A stretch of 56,624 nucleotides of DNA, the filler included, from Sphacelaria rigidula (Eukaryota), in NCBI GenBank assembly GCA_964200075.2. It is 5 parts of 5 records of this genome, joined end to end, with 100 filler letters (N's around TTAATTAATTAA, not from the genome) between each part and the next. Parts side by side here need not be neighbours in the genome. Positions count along the whole stretch, not along the records: positions 34,038 to 45,281 come from CAXNAA020005178.1; positions 45,382 to 56,624 come from CAXNAA020005179.1; 3 more parts are not named here. The stretch is one strand, 5' to 3'. The position numbers and the translations under genes were made by a program. Below, one piece after another: positions 36,443 to 50,700 of this stretch; the stretch's first letter is position 1; every line of letters starts with the position of its first letter. The notes under the pieces are model-generated. The model made no database searches, was not told the origin of the DNA, and saw only the letters and a program-made list of their open reading frames with translations.

Positions 36443-38615
36443 TCAGTAAGAGTCCAGTGGTTCGAAAAAAAAGCCCACTGTGTTTTGATATGTGTGGCCA
36501 GTCCCGTTTGGAAGCACGACAACGTTCTCATCAAAATCAGTGTGGCTTGAACGCCCTCCCTTTGATTTTACAAAGTCGATACCTGAAGCTCTGCTCAATT
36601 CTTAGTGTAGCACGAGTCTCGGCCAGAATCGAAAGGAACTGTGAAAAAAACACGTCGCATGGTCTCGATAGTGACGATCGCAAACGTGGCGGCCTTCACG
36701 TTTTTGTTCACAACTCAACAACCGCGATGCTGTTGTTGGCCAGACTAGCTTGCTTGACCGAACGGCATACCTGGGAACACGTGGTTTGCGCGAGCTGTGT
36801 CCCCGTTATCGCTGGACACCGAGCTGCGAGCTGTGCACGCTCATGACGCCCTGATGCCCACACAGCAGTCAAGGCCATCGCCGTCAAGAGAGCGTCGGGT
36901 TGCTCAGTGAGCAACCCCGAGGACGACGCCTGACTAAAAAGTTATGCAGTTCACCTGGCCTGGTTTTTCGGAGGGGGTGGGTAATTTCAGCCCGATATCA
37001 CCCAATTTCGCGGAGCAGCGACATCCAAAATGTCCCGGTTCGAGCGGATTAACCTTCCAGTAGAGTTGGTAAGGTGATCTTACAGGTGATCAGGCGAACC
37101 GTAACATTTTTTATCCTCATCTGACATGAGATTCGGTCTGAGGGGGTGGGTACGAAATCCACCCGCGGGATTGACAATTTATCTGAAACTGACTCAAGCC
37201 TTCGGCCGCCGGAGGCCTCACATCGCCTCTAGATCGCCCCTCCCCAACTTGCGCGAAAAACGGAGACTTTGGCCATATTAAAAACGCCATGTTACACGGA
37301 TAAGGGGTTCGAGACTCCGACTCTCTGCCGAATGAGGTGTTATCGGGGTTAAGTGGGTGACGTGGAATAACACTGAAACCAAAGTAGACCCAGATCGCTC
37401 TTTTACCTCCGGCGGTGAAGCACGAACCGAGCGCAAAATGGTAACGTGCGCGCAACATCACATTTGCCCATCCTTACTGGCACGGGCTTCCGTTCGAGTG
37501 CTTGATGGCAATCTGCAGCACAACTTCGACGGCATGAGAGTGACGACGGAAAACATGGTGCGGTGTCTTGTCTCCTGAATTCTTCGAGGGGGACCCTCAG
37601 TGGTTCACCGTCCACACTTCGTCGCACAGCACATGGCCCCAGTTGCCACAAGCAAGCAATGGCCTCTGGCCAGCGGGTGTGGGGAAACTGTCACTCATCA
37701 TTCCCACTGCACCGCCGCATGCACCGCAGCGCCATTATCTTTTGTCCGCAGACCGCTGTTGTACTGTTTGCAAACTGTCACCACATCCCACTGTGTATGC
37801 AAAAATTGCCTGTACTGTCTGTAGCTCACGTTCAAATCTTTTGTGCACCCTTCTGTATGAACGCAGTGCAGACAGGACGGTACGGTTTGAACTGCACGGT
37901 GTTCACTTTTTTTCGTAAAAGTACATGGTTCCACATGTTCCACGGGACTGTCGGCCGAAATATTGTATCAGCACCAGGCCCCGCGCCCACAGAGTTATTC
38001 GACACATCAGGATATCGGTGCGCTACGTTAGTTTGCCCCCAGAATCGATCAATACAACACAACATGTTCCACTATTCTGACTGTGGCATATGGCATGAAA
38101 CACACATGCGCAAGGCAGGAGGGGCATCAGTGCATAGGCCACGTCAACCTTCCAAAGTCCATAGCATTAAACGTACTGTCCAGAGCCTCACGTGGTCCAA
38201 TCGGCAGCGATGGTAGCGGCGGCCGGAATTTTCGGAACAACTACAACTTGTATTGCGCGCGTGTTTAGCCAAAGATCAAACAGGCAACCCGATTGCGCTT
38301 TGAATAAACAAACCATACACGCTTTGACGCACACCATCCGGCCGGTTAAGCGGGGACAACTGGGTAAGACAAATATCAGAACACACCGGAGGAGAAAGGA
38401 TCGGTGTGCCTTGTTTTTGCTTCTTGCTCCTCTCTTCCGTACAGAGGTTGTGACGGGATGCAGCGAAGTACAATACAAAAGTACACCTGTAGTTCAGAGA
38501 ACAGACCGTCCGAGGAAGGCTCTCCCTTTTTGTTTCATCAAGTAGCTACAGTACAAAGGTGGCTACGAGATGCAATGTAATACGAGTATGGTACAGTAGT
38601 ACCGCCTAAGCGCAC

Positions 38616-39427
38616 CATGAGGAAAGAAAAATCACCGTCGCTGAAAAGCCAGTAGACGAAAACCGCGGTGAGCACGAAGCCGCACCACAGCACACCGTTC
38701 ATGTACTGCTGCTTGAACGCCCCGCCCATCATCCTGTGCACAAAGAGCAAATATATGTCGAAAACAGTCAACAGCAACAGGTGCACAGATATTGGCCACC
38801 GCCCGACACCAGGGCGAAGGCAATGTCATGCATAAATTAGCGACAGTGTAACGAAGCGTGCAGTCGAGAGGTGAAGGGAATCGACAGTTGTTGAGGACAG
38901 CCGTGCTGATCTGTACCCGTGAATTTTTTCTCGAGGGTGAAATCTGGACGGTTGCGTACCGGCGTACAAAGGTGAAGAGAACGGCCGTCTGCACACTAAA
39001 ATAGATAGTGCAGTACTAGTAGCGCATAGACCTCAGAAGCTATTCCTGCTCCGTAGTGCTCGCACAGATTATCAAACCCACTGCGTCACCGAATACCGGT
39101 GCAATTGATGTGAGAGCAGCGCAGCGGCAGTAAGTGTGGGGACACCATACCGTCAACTAGCGCTTGCGCTTGTATTAGATGTTCCGGCATGGAGGCAACG
39201 CAGTACTTTACACTGTAGACCAGACAGTGTGAGGCCACAGCCATTATCTGTTCATTTTCCACATTCCGCCAGCTCTACTCTACTGCCCTGCCGTTCTTGC
39301 AAGTTATGAGCAGCAACTTCCAACATTCAAGGTCGCAACGACAAACGCAACAACGGCAGCGACTGTCTCACTTGGATTTTTCCCCTCCTCGTCCAACTCC
39401 ACTCCCGTGATTTGCGTCCATGTTCAT
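38616..39427 (-). CDS. ERD2: ERD2-like ER lumen protein-retaining receptor family protein, first two exons
   Basis: Exon 39372-39427 (MNMDANHGSGVGRGGEKS, phase 2) splices in frame to 38616-38733 (KMMGGAFKQQYMNGVLWCGFVLTAVFVYWLFSDGDFSFLM|GT). A TM helix followed by SDGDFSFL is the pattern I recall for stramenopile/alveolate ERD2-like proteins. Downstream exons not found. Confidence 0.7.
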
Positions 39428-39779
39428 TGCTGCCGCTCCGATCCGACAGACACGTAAGACAAGGACGGAGATACAGCATATGGACCTCAGGGAGAGATAG
39501 ATGTGCCGCGTAAAAAATGTCATATTCTTTCGGAAAATGGCACGTTTTCTGGGAGTAGGGTAACGTTCAAGATACCCGCCAGTGATCGATTACACCGAAA
39601 CGATGCACGTGACATATACGGACAAGTATTAATACGCACAGCGCAAGACGGATACGCACCAGTGCAACGCCGTATCTTCTTATTCGGTACCGTATCAAAC
39701 CGTGGATTTAGTCGCTAAGCTTTTCCCAGATGCTGGGACTACTACACAAAACACCAGTCTGGTGTGAAGTAAGAGATTG

Positions 39780-41200
39780 CCCGCTCCGGAGTTCCGCCGC
39801 TACGGATCAAGGTCGAAGGCTGTTCGCATGTAGCACACGATGCGATGGCTACGAGCTCTGGCACACCTGGACGGTAGCGATTTTCTGAGATGACCTAAAG
39901 TCTGCCAGGATCGGTGATAAAGATACATTTCGTCCCCGTTGCTGCTTGCTCAATGATTTGTTCTCAGCGGCGAGCGGCGTCGCCCTGCGGCGCTTTGGGA
40001 TGGCCGACCTTGTCTCAGACTTTCCGATGACGCGCTGAGGGATGAGAATTGAACCCGAACGAAGAGACTCCTCTGGTGAGGATACGGCGCGCACTTTGAG
40101 ATATTCTGTTCGCAGATGAAGCTGACGCAGTCTTGTGGTCTCCGGGTGAATTCATGATGATGGTGACGGAGATAGTTGTGGTCTGCCAGGACTTCGGGGT
40201 AAGGTCTCGGAGGGAAAGACGAACCGTATGGTTCTTTGATCGATATCCAATCCCCAGAGGCAACAATGTGAATCAACATGGCAGGCCATTGCTTGCCGTC
40301 ATGAAACAATGAAGGTGGCAGGAACTAGAGCAAGGGAGTGTAACCTTGCATTCTATGGCTCCACCTTCAGGAAATGCATTCTTCAAATCGCTACCAGTAC
40401 ACATTTTGACCGCACGTCGTTCTGGGAAACCATTGGCTCTGAGTGTTATTACAGCTATACCATGATGTTCGGTTGGGGGTAGCTCAACAAAGCGTTCACA
40501 GAGTGGGGCAATTCGAACGCTACGTCTCTATGGCGGGTCAATACCGTTCGTGATATTTCATACCCCTATAGCGTTTCACGCTCCCATTATTGTGTACGAT
40601 TTGTCGTATATGATCGAGTTTATCTACCCCAGTGATGCCAGCCGCGGGGACGCGGACCCCTCCATTTATATTCAGGACCGCATCAGTACCGCGTGGACGC
40701 GCCTCAAAGTATAACTCCCAATTCTACGATCAACCCGGTGTCAGAGTGTTATTCAACACCCGGCCGTTTGCAGCGCAGATGGTGGAAGCCATGCTGTACG
40801 GGTGAGCCACGTGGGTTTTACACCCAGAGGACTTCGAGAGCTCCACCGTCCAAAGTTGTGCTCGAGTTTACCAAGTGCGAGAATATCGCGCACGCCGCGT
40901 GCAAGCGCCAGCTCTACTTCAAGGTTCTCACTGACAGGACGATGCACATCTCCAAAAGCACCAAAAGCACGTAGTGTTCGGGCGGCTGGCTGCTCAAGGA
41001 CCCAGTGAGGGCAGAGCGTGATTGTAAAGGGAAATGAGCTTGGTGTTTGACGTCACCCTGAGCCCTCCGTGTACGTATTGAGGTGCGCGCAGATGAAGAA
41101 GAATCTTGCTTTTGGAGGAAGCCGAGCTTGTGGCGTAATATCGGTCTGCGTGATACACGCGTGGAAGTGGGAGTGGAGAAGGAGAAGGGCGCGATTCCAA
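39780..41200 (+). mobile_element. Degenerate RTE-type LINE remnant
   Basis: DLFSAASGVALRRFG..LVSD, ILFADEADAVLWSPGEFMMMVTEIVVVCQDFG (YADD region), MVEAMLYG*ATWVLHPEDFES, CENI..CKRQL and HVVFGRLAAQGP occur in the correct order. An unrelated segment at ~40330-40730 interrupts it. Confidence 0.8.
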
Positions 41201-44200
41201 GCGGGGTCAAGTTTATGTGTTGTGGTCGCCCTGGGTGCTTACTATGCTCCATACACCACTCATGATATACCTCGCGATAGGCGTCATTCGAATGGGAGAG
41301 GGATTAGAGAAGGGGAAGATGATTTTTATCGAGATAAGCTAAGATTTTTTGTTGGTCCGGGTGGTATACTCCATACATTACCTATGGTGTTGTGGCAGGC
41401 AGAGTTTGTGTAGGAGGGAGTGGGGAAGGGAGGAGCCTACTTGTAGAGGAGTCTTAAGATTTCTGGTCGCCCCGGGTGACGGACTTCATGCATGACTTGT
41501 GGTATGCGTCGTGTCAGGTGGGAAGCGCATGAGAAAAGAGGGGGCGGGCGGGGCGGGCGGGACGGGCGGGGCTAGGTTTTGTTTGTGTCTGGTGCGTGAG
41601 TTTTTTTGTCTTCGGTGCAGCAGCGCAGATGGAATGTCGAGACTAGAAGTTGCGTGTTCGTGTTACGATCCTTCCGTGTGCATACAAAGCTCTCCCCTCC
41701 GCGCCCCTTCAAGTCACTTGCGTGTATGTTTCACGTGTTCCTGCCTATGAAACCGGTGAAAAGCAGAGGTTGGACGCGTTTTGCTTTCATCCAATCGAGA
41801 ACGTGCACGGCCGAATAGAAAGTAGTAGATGGACGCTTTGTACATTACTCTGTGTTTTTGAAGGGCTGAGATCTTTTGTTTTCCTTCTATGTGGGGGAGG
41901 GAGAGACTGCAGTAAAGATCGGTTACGAAAACTGCGCTGCACTTGATAGATGAACTGAGCACTGAATGCCGGAGATAGACCGTAGATTGACCGCTTACAA
42001 TCTGTGACGGATAAGTGCTTTGGCACTACATCACATTGCCAAAGTTCATAAGGAATGTGGCGGGGATCATGGATTACACGGTATATCATCATCTGGAGTT
42101 GTGTTGGAGACAAAAAGCAGCTGCCTCTCAACCATATAGTGGGGCTACCGGCATCGAAGGGCAGTCACCGATATCGTTCAGGAAGCTGATCTCACCACCA
42201 ACGGGATCAAACTCGATGGCCGAAACGACTTTGCGATATTGCCTGTGGGAGAACTGAGCATTCGATTGAAGGCACAAACGTTATATTGGTGAGCATACGG
42301 CGTATTGGGAATCAGTACAGAATCTGCCGTCATGAATAAAAAAAAACTACCTATCTGGGCAGATACCGTAGATCACCGTCCGCCAGATCCACCACGATGT
42401 CTTCAGTCAATCGGAAGACAGATAATTCGTACCCACTCTGTTATGGGAACAGCGCCACTTCTTTTTTACATAAATAGGCGGTGAGCATCTAGGGCCCGCA
42501 ATCCAGCAATCATTGCACGGTAGCGCTGCCGAATATGTCCCCGTAGCTTGCAACTCGTTTCTGCTGCGATCCCGCGATCTCGTTTTCTTCACTGCTCGCT
42601 TGTCACCATTTTATACTGTATTCAAGTGTTTTCACGCGTTCCTATCGGCCCATACGGAGTTGATTGGGAATGTAAGGAGGTCCTGGTCTCAAAGAGGACA
42701 GCAGCAGTATACAATGGGCGCACCAGTACTATGCATGTGTCATGCATTTCCCGCGTTCGATTACAGAGTACACACCCTCTGCGACTGTCGTACTGTACGC
42801 TCCGTACTCCATCGTATGCACTGTGCTGTAGTTAACCATGACAAGAGCAGCAACTCGATCCATCCCTTCTTTGCTTCATGTGCAGGCCGTGTACGGCACC
42901 ACAGTATGCGTGCTGGTAGAGCGTGTACCGTGAGTGCCAGGCTAAAACTTGTTGCAGTCTGCACTCATATCAACGGCGTGCCGCCGTGTCTGTCACGTTG
43001 CATTGTCCCGGTCCAGCGCCCGCGCCGCTTTGTTTTCATGTTCAACATACAGTACAGATAGTATAAGGGTGTACGTGACATGCGAGGGCATACCGATCGA
43101 TAAACTTTGATCAGGATACGGTGTACAGAGTACAACTACTACAAATGACACCGTTCATGGAAACAAGTCATCTTGCTGGACGGTTACTACTGGGGGCTTG
43201 TAAGCATGCATGGCACTTCCCCCAAAGGAACAATCGACACCTTTTTTAGTGGTAGAATATTTTTGTCAAGGTACTCCTAAATGAGGGCACTGTCAATCGC
43301 CCAGACATGCGTCGCTGCGGTTTTCTATGCTGAAGCTGAGTGTTATTTCAATCATGGTATTTGCCAACGGGTTGGGTGAAATTGCTATGCGCTTGACTGG
43401 AACACGCATTTCGCGTTCTCCAACTCTCCGATTTGCGCTGCCTTCCTTAACGCGTATATGCACACCAGGAGTGATAGTTTCACACCCGAACGTCCTCATC
43501 GCCAACCCGCGGTTTTATTCCCCACGTCTACCATTATAGTAATTGACAATTCTCGTCTGCCGAGCTACCCATACCGTTGTGAGATAATCACCGGCGTAGC
43601 CTCATTTTAACCACAATATCCCGCAACACAAGCATCAGTAACTGAACCGATTACTCCGGTAAGGACTCTCTCACACAGAACGGCCTTCCACCGCATCGCG
43701 TCATAGCCAAAAGCATCAATATAAATCGACCATGAACACACTACCAAGTAGCTGGTCCACCACCAGAGACCGAGCAGGTTTCTTCATTTTTAGCTGATCA
43801 AGATTTCCAAAGTAGATGAACGTGCAACCGTCCTTAAGCGATGATACTGCCTCTTCAGTACATTCAAATCCCTAGAGCTTCAGGGCGCGAACCTCAAGCT
43901 GTATCTAGGGCATGAGGTTGAGCAGAGCCTTTGGGCATGACTTCAGTACTTCTTCCGATCCACCTGTTGGGATATAAAACGAAACACCGCGACGAAATGC
44001 AACAAGCAAAGTGAATGTATTTCCCCAGAGTAGGTGTGGGAAAATATAATGCTGATGGAATAGGTGAGTCATCCTACGATAGGGGGGGGGTGTTAGATTG
44101 CACGGAAACATTTGACCAAAAGTGTGCCAGACGACCCGGCACGCTCGCGATGCGCTTGTGTTTGGTTCATAACGGTGTCAACCGTTATAAATGAGCGATA

Positions 44201-45281
44201 TTTTTCTATAACAAGCTCGTTCGAGCAACCATTGCTGATTTCAACGACGATTTGCCTTGGAATTTCGTGCAAGAAGTGGCCCAAAATACCCCCCCCCTCT
44301 ATCGTAGGCTCAGGTGTAGATATCGCGATTTCATCGGACGACGTTTTCAAGAACGAAGGTGATGAACGTCGAAACGACACAATGTGTTACTACTGTTAAC
44401 CTTGACAAATAATACAAACATTGAATGTAAGGCAGAAAAAACACAAAGTACAAGAACACGAGCACTTGAGACAAAAGCTGGCAACCAAACAACTTCTACC
44501 CTGACTACACGTGAAAATAAGCGAGCACAACCCATTATACAACGACGTCATTGCCGCTGACCGTACTACTATAAGCGATCTCCGGGTAAGTTGGGCCGGA
44601 CTGTTCGGCTAAGGAAGCGACGAAGAGCGGAGAGCGGTCGAGGTGGGTGGGTGTGGCGGGGGGGCTACTCATTTGTTGCTTGCCTTAGTCGTTTGACCGT
44701 TGACTAAGCATCCCTTTCGAGACGGAGCACTAGCTGCAGAGCGGCCAGGGGGATGAGTGAGCATACCAGAAATGAATACAGTACACATTCATCTTTTACA
44801 TTAACCAGGAGTATGGATCTAGGGTGGAGGCTTGAACCTCGTGGCTTCTTCTCGCTTGTAATAAAAAAAATCCCCAATACTCTCAGTATTGAAAGTACGA
44901 TCTTTCGAAGTACCGGGGTATCGGGTACACCCTATCCAACACATCCTTGGTGGGTGGGTTAGGCTATCTGAGTCTCACAGGTATTCTCCCCGCTAAAACT
45001 GAAGCTGATTCGAACATTTTACCCACCCTCGCGGTCACCAGGTTCAAGGGTCAAATTTGGAAAACAACCCCCCCCCCGAATATTTGCAACGAAAATCATA
45101 TCTCTACCTACCTATCATTTCTACTTACTTCTCGTATCTGGTCAGTCATTACGGAGGTTATCGTTGGGCACCCCACGTACTGATTGATTCCAACTGACAC
45201 TGAGACACATACTTCCTCTGTCCCATAAGTAAAGTCCGTTATGTTTATACGAGCCCTTAACGGTGTCCGATTTGATTTTCG

Positions 45282-45381
45282 NNNNNNNNNNNNNNNNNNN
45301 NNNNNNNNNNNNNNNNNNNNNNNNNTTAATTAATTAANNNNNNNNNNNNNNNNNNNNNNNNNNNNNNNNNNNNNNNNNNNN
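45282..45381. other. Artificial contig-join spacer
   Basis: N44-TTAATTAATTAA-N44. Confidence 0.97.
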
Positions 45382-45473
45382 CCACATGTGGCGACGGGAT
45401 TTCCACGTGCTCCGCCATATCGTTGTCGCCGGCCGTATAGTGTGGCTTCCTACGCTCGCCAAGGGTTGTTGTT

Positions 45474-45496
45474 GATGATGATGGTGATGATGATGC

Positions 45497-45552
<56 letters not shown>
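45474..45552. repeat. (GAT)n microsatellite
   Basis: Read directly from the sequence. Confidence 0.92.
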
Positions 45553-47752
45553 CAGCCCACCAAAACGGTGCACCATTCTAATTTCAAGTATACTAGTGCG
45601 CCACTCTAAGTGCAAGTATACTAATGTGACATATTCGTGCACCGAAGTCGAATTGAGGTATTTAACAGATTTTACTGACAAAAATCACATATGCAGGAGT
45701 TTGTACTGTTCTGCGAGATTTTTGTCGATGCACACAAGTGGACACACTTCGCCCGTCGCGTGATATCATTGGACAGACCCAACCCGACCGCTCCGGGGTT
45801 TCATTTTCGGTACATCCATGACGCGTGCGTCTGGAGTCTTCTTTGGTTATCCACAGTAAAAATGGTTGCCGTCGGTCCTTTCTGTTTCCATGTTTTCTTC
45901 TTTGTCAGGGCTTCTCGTGATGAGGCGTCTGGCCCGGGACGGGAGGGGAGGGTTCCAAAAGGGTTCACAGTAGAGAGGAATAGGAACACATTGATCCGAA
46001 TGGAGAGCGTCGAAGCAGTCATAATCCGAACATCCACCGTGATGTGCGAATGATCATGTGTATGCCACAGAAACCGGAACTTGAAGAACGGATGTACTAA
46101 GGTTAGAGGCTGTCTTGTCCAAAGGAGAAGAAGAGAAAGTTGAGCGCCAACGGGAGGGGGTGGGTGGTGTCGAGAAACACCGAAGCGTTGCACAAAAGGA
46201 AGAGGCGAGAGGAACCGTCACAGAAACCGGAACCGGAACAATAAGTTTCCTGTGAAGCCAAGCAAAACAGACAGGTTAGAAACATAGAAATACAGAAGCA
46301 GGAGGACCACAGACTGTACTGTGGGCCAACTTGGAGCATGCGCCCCAGCCAAACACGGTACCGCACCTCGAAGCTGCGGCTGGTTGCAAGAACAGAGACG
46401 AGCTGGTAGAAAACAATTCATCTCAACGCTGCGCAGCTGATAACGGTGGACACAGCGCAGGACCTAAGCCTATCGCGTGTGCACGACAATGCTGCAAGAC
46501 CGTTCATTGTTCAATTAAGCGCCTCATGTGCTCCAGCGAGGAGACTCCTGACTTTACAATGCAGCACTGTCGAAAGAGCAGGAAATCGACTGGAGACTGT
46601 GGGGCAACTTCTCAGCTAACAATGGTAGCCGCAAGCTTCGTCTAGTTACCAGAAGAGTGGCGACGAGCGAACAGAGATATGTACTCTAAACCTGAGTAAA
46701 ACAAAACGTACTCTGAAGTCAGATGGATATGAAATGCTGGCCTGTCAGCGCTCGAGAGATGGAACGCTGGGCTGTCAATAGCCCAGGGAATTTCCTGTCG
46801 CAATCTCTGGAAAAATATGAACGATATGGTTGTCAGGTTTGCGTTTGTGGCACGCGTTTGTTCATCTAGTTGGTTTGAGTATGGAAATCACCTGTAATCC
46901 TCAAGACATATGTTCGGTCATAACTTTTTACATAACTGTTTGGGAAGAAAATGGAGAAAGACCCGTAGGTATGGTTGCGTTCGGTTTTTCGCTCTTTGAG
47001 GGCTCCCAGTTGAAAAAAAAATGAAGGTAAAGGAAGGGAAAAGAAGCGAAATGTGATTGAGTACTAAAGCCTCTCCTGGGCCCCTCGAATATGCACAGCA
47101 CAGCACAGTTCTGTACTGTACTGTACTCTGCTGGACTGTACCACGGAACAGTGCAAGACTGGCCGGTTGAAAAGGAGACAGGTGTCTCTCACTGCCCGCT
47201 TGCTGCAGTCAAAACACGTAAGAACTAGCTTGCATAAAGAGCGGGGGACTGAGAGATTCGGGGAGAGGTGGGAGCGGGGTGCGAAAGGATGTACAGCTAA
47301 GGTCGGTCGGCGAAATAGGCATGATCACGCCCATACCTGTCATGTTATTTTGTTGAATACGCGCATGCGGCACATGTTATTTCATTTGATCCGCGTGTAC
47401 TGTGCGTGTGCTAATTACTCTCGACACGCGCATACTGTGCTTGTCGATTTCGTACGCGGGAATCTGGGGGAAGCTGCAATCCCCACATATGAAAAACATT
47501 TACGAATTGAATTGGTGCGATATTTTGCCCAATCACAATAATTATAATCGCCCCCCTCCCTCACCACCTCTAAACACATTTTCTTATCTCCCCTTCCTCG
47601 TGGTGCCTCCGGGATGTTACTATGCATGCGCCCTCCTTTCTGCTCGGTATTTCCGAAACCCGACTCCGTTGGATTGGATGAATCGGATTGGATCGGACTG
47701 GATTGGACCGCATCGATTTGGACCGGAACGAATGGACTGACTAATGTTGCAG

Positions 47753-50700
47753 ATTCGATTCGCACAGTCGAACCTGCTGGACCAGTTTCCTGACCAGGTA
47801 AATGCCGTTGATCAACACGCGAGTTGTTGACTTGCTTGTTTTATGCCTTCGGCTGCCCGGGATGTTGACACACTCACGGGTACCTGCTGCTGCTGCTGCT
47901 GCTGCTGCTCGAACCGTTGTGCGCCGTATGGCCCCATATGAGATCTTGACTGCCCAAGCATTCGTAGATGACATCAAATTAGGTGCTCGAAAGGGCATGA
48001 CGTTGATCGCAAGTTTAACGAGTAAGTGGGGGAGCTGCCAAATGGCGTGAGGATGTGAGGTAGAGGTGAACAAGGCGGCTTTTTTCATTACATCGCACCT
48101 CCCGCCTTTGGAAACCAGGATCGTCAGTTGAGGGTCAACTGCCGATGAAAAACAGTTAGGACGGTGAATGTATGTTGCGAGGTGGACCAGGCTACGAGTG
48201 GATCTGTAGGTTGCAGGTCAATTATCGCGTCAATTTTGAGAGTTGCACTGTAAAATTTGGAATCGAGAACCGCTAGGGTATAGCATACCTATATATATAT
48301 ATATATATTGGGACATTAATTTTCATTAGTTGATGGCAAAAAACAAGATCTAGTTTTCACTAGAACATCCACAACTCATGAAGAAAAAAATCTCGATGTC
48401 GCAAAATTTCTCACTTTATTTTGCACTAGCGATTCTCCGTAACAAATTTGAAATTGTACCTCTCAACATTGAGGTGAAAATTCCAGATTTACAAGCTCGA
48501 CCGGTCGACAAGTGGAGCGGTATGTTGTAGGCCATTTAGCAGCGAAAGTTAAAGTTTTGATACTGGTGCTTTCAAATACTTTGCTTTGAGAATCGCAAGG
48601 GCATAATCAAGATGATGAAAAATCTGCGGGACATGTTCATAACTTTTTCCATGAGTTTTCTTCGCGAGAACGCCCTTAACTTTTGAAAAAATGAAAGCCC
48701 GGTTTTGTCTCGTTTTCAGTATTCCCTTGCGATTCTCCACACTATTTTTCCCAGCATGATTCTAAAAACTGAGCTGAGGAACTGAGTCAAACGTCAAAAG
48801 CGATGTACCTTTTTCACAAAACGTCTTCAACTCATGAAAAACAGATAATCCCAAGGTCCTGAACGTTTTGTTTTGATTTTGCCCTTGCGATACTCCACAC
48901 AAAATTTCAAAGCACACCTCTCGAAACTTAGACGCTGAATCCAGACTTCGTCCATTCAGTTCCTCTGCTCGTAATGAAATTGAGTTTCGTATTGAGTCTC
49001 GTTTTCTGTTCCTTTTTTTAATTTTTTTTTTTCCCCTTAAAGCGTGTTTCAGCTTCGGTTTTTTTGGGTACGTCTATCACGAGACCACGGCTGGACCCCT
49101 GGGGGGTCACTTCAAGTACGACAATCAATCAAACGGATCAATCTCATGTGCGCCATATCTCTAGATAGATAACAGACTAGGTGAAGGTGAGGGTATCGAT
49201 CGTGTCCCCGTGCTTCAGGGAGTGTTCTCGCCAAAACTCATCATCCGCTGCACATATATTTCGGGGTTTCGTATAGACTTCAGTACGGACCCTAGGTCGG
49301 TACGTTGAAGGATTTATTCGAGATGACGTTCAATCCGCGAGAAAAACTGGCCCGTGAAATTGAGTAAATGGACATGGCTCCTTTGATGAGATGATTAGTA
49401 AGTTATGCGGATCACGGCCCAACTCGTTTGCGTCGATGAGATATGGCTGTCAGAGGTATCTGTTTTAAGGCTGGCCCAACTCGTAGCGGAAGCAAGAAAA
49501 TGGAAGATGACCAATAGTGAAGGGCAAAAGCAATGCGGAAGGACTGGTTGAACTAAGTAAGATCTGATGGGAAAAAGAAAAAGATGAGCAAGAATAATTG
49601 CAAAGAAAATGAAAACGGAATGAGAAGTAAACCGTAGTACAAGTGGGCAGATCACGGACCGGTTAGATATCATCCTTCTTCCTCGAATCAAGTGAAGATA
49701 TCTACTCCCAAGCACCTAACTCTAACAAACACAGCTACGTTCATCTGCGCGCGATTCGTTGCCATTTGCTCAAGACTCCCCTGGGGCAAGTATTCCATAT
49801 ATGCTACTTTCATCGCATTTGTCCTTTTCTAAACTCCCTTTCCTTGACGGTGCCCCTCCCCACGCACCCCGTCACACCGTGCTCATCTGCGCCTGCACAG
49901 TTCGAGCCCTACCTGTTCTTTGGGTGTGACCTGAAGTCGCGATTCAATGGAACGCTGTTCAGGTTTCCACTGCGTATGGCTGCGGCCGCTAGAGACAGCG
50001 AAATCTCTCAGGCTAGCTACTCTGCGAAGTCCGTGGTTGAGTTGTTGGACCAGTTCAAGGAGGCTGCGAACAGGTCGGTGCTTTCGTCGTGTTTCGTGAG
50101 TGTGATATGTAATGACACTCGAGGGCTCATTGTACGCTGGGAAAAGTTGAGCGAAGCGTTGTCAAGCTGCTGACATTGGTTCATTGGTGTGATGGATTGG
50201 GTGTAGGTTATTATCCATTCTGCTGAGAATACAGCTGTGGTCCGAAATGGACATATGTATCCGAGGTCAGGAAATGGAATCATTCGCTGAAGATAAGTCG
50301 AGAACGAATCGGGAGAAAGATGGCAAAGGAAGAAGGGGAGAGGGAGGAGAGGAAACACGGGGAAGTTCGAAATAAAAAACATATAAGTACCAGGGTAGTC
50401 CACAAGTCTACACGTATCCGCAACCGCGACGGGACCATATCTCCCTCGGCATAGTTCCGAGAGTATCCATGGATCCCTCCGCCCCGTTCCAGGAACGTTC
50501 ATGTCCCCGCATAGTTCCGAGAACGTTCCCTCAAGAACACTAGTCTCTCCTCTCGGGTCAATTGTCTGTCCTGTCCCCGGAGAAATAGTCATACTCCAAC
50601 TTCAGCCATTGTCTCGTCCCACATCCCCTGGAGTTCATTTTTCATATCGACCCTGGAGTCTCTCTCCACATAAGAACGAACTGTCTAGGCACATCCCACG

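Noticed and set aside
35983..36846. 287-aa ORF
   Set aside because: It crosses a MITE boundary and a microsatellite, with no recognisable motif or splice support.
37049..37352. TTAACC...GGGGTTAA as another piggyBac MITE
   Set aside because: The termini are not inverted repeats beyond 2 bp.
37563..38216. 217-aa ORF
   Set aside because: It has no family motif, a composition typical of non-coding DNA, and lies antisense within the presumed ERD2-like intron.
45388..45609. Poly-Met/poly-His ORFs (also poly-Thr/Val at 5134-5448 and 10522-10821)
   Set aside because: These are translations of trinucleotide microsatellites.
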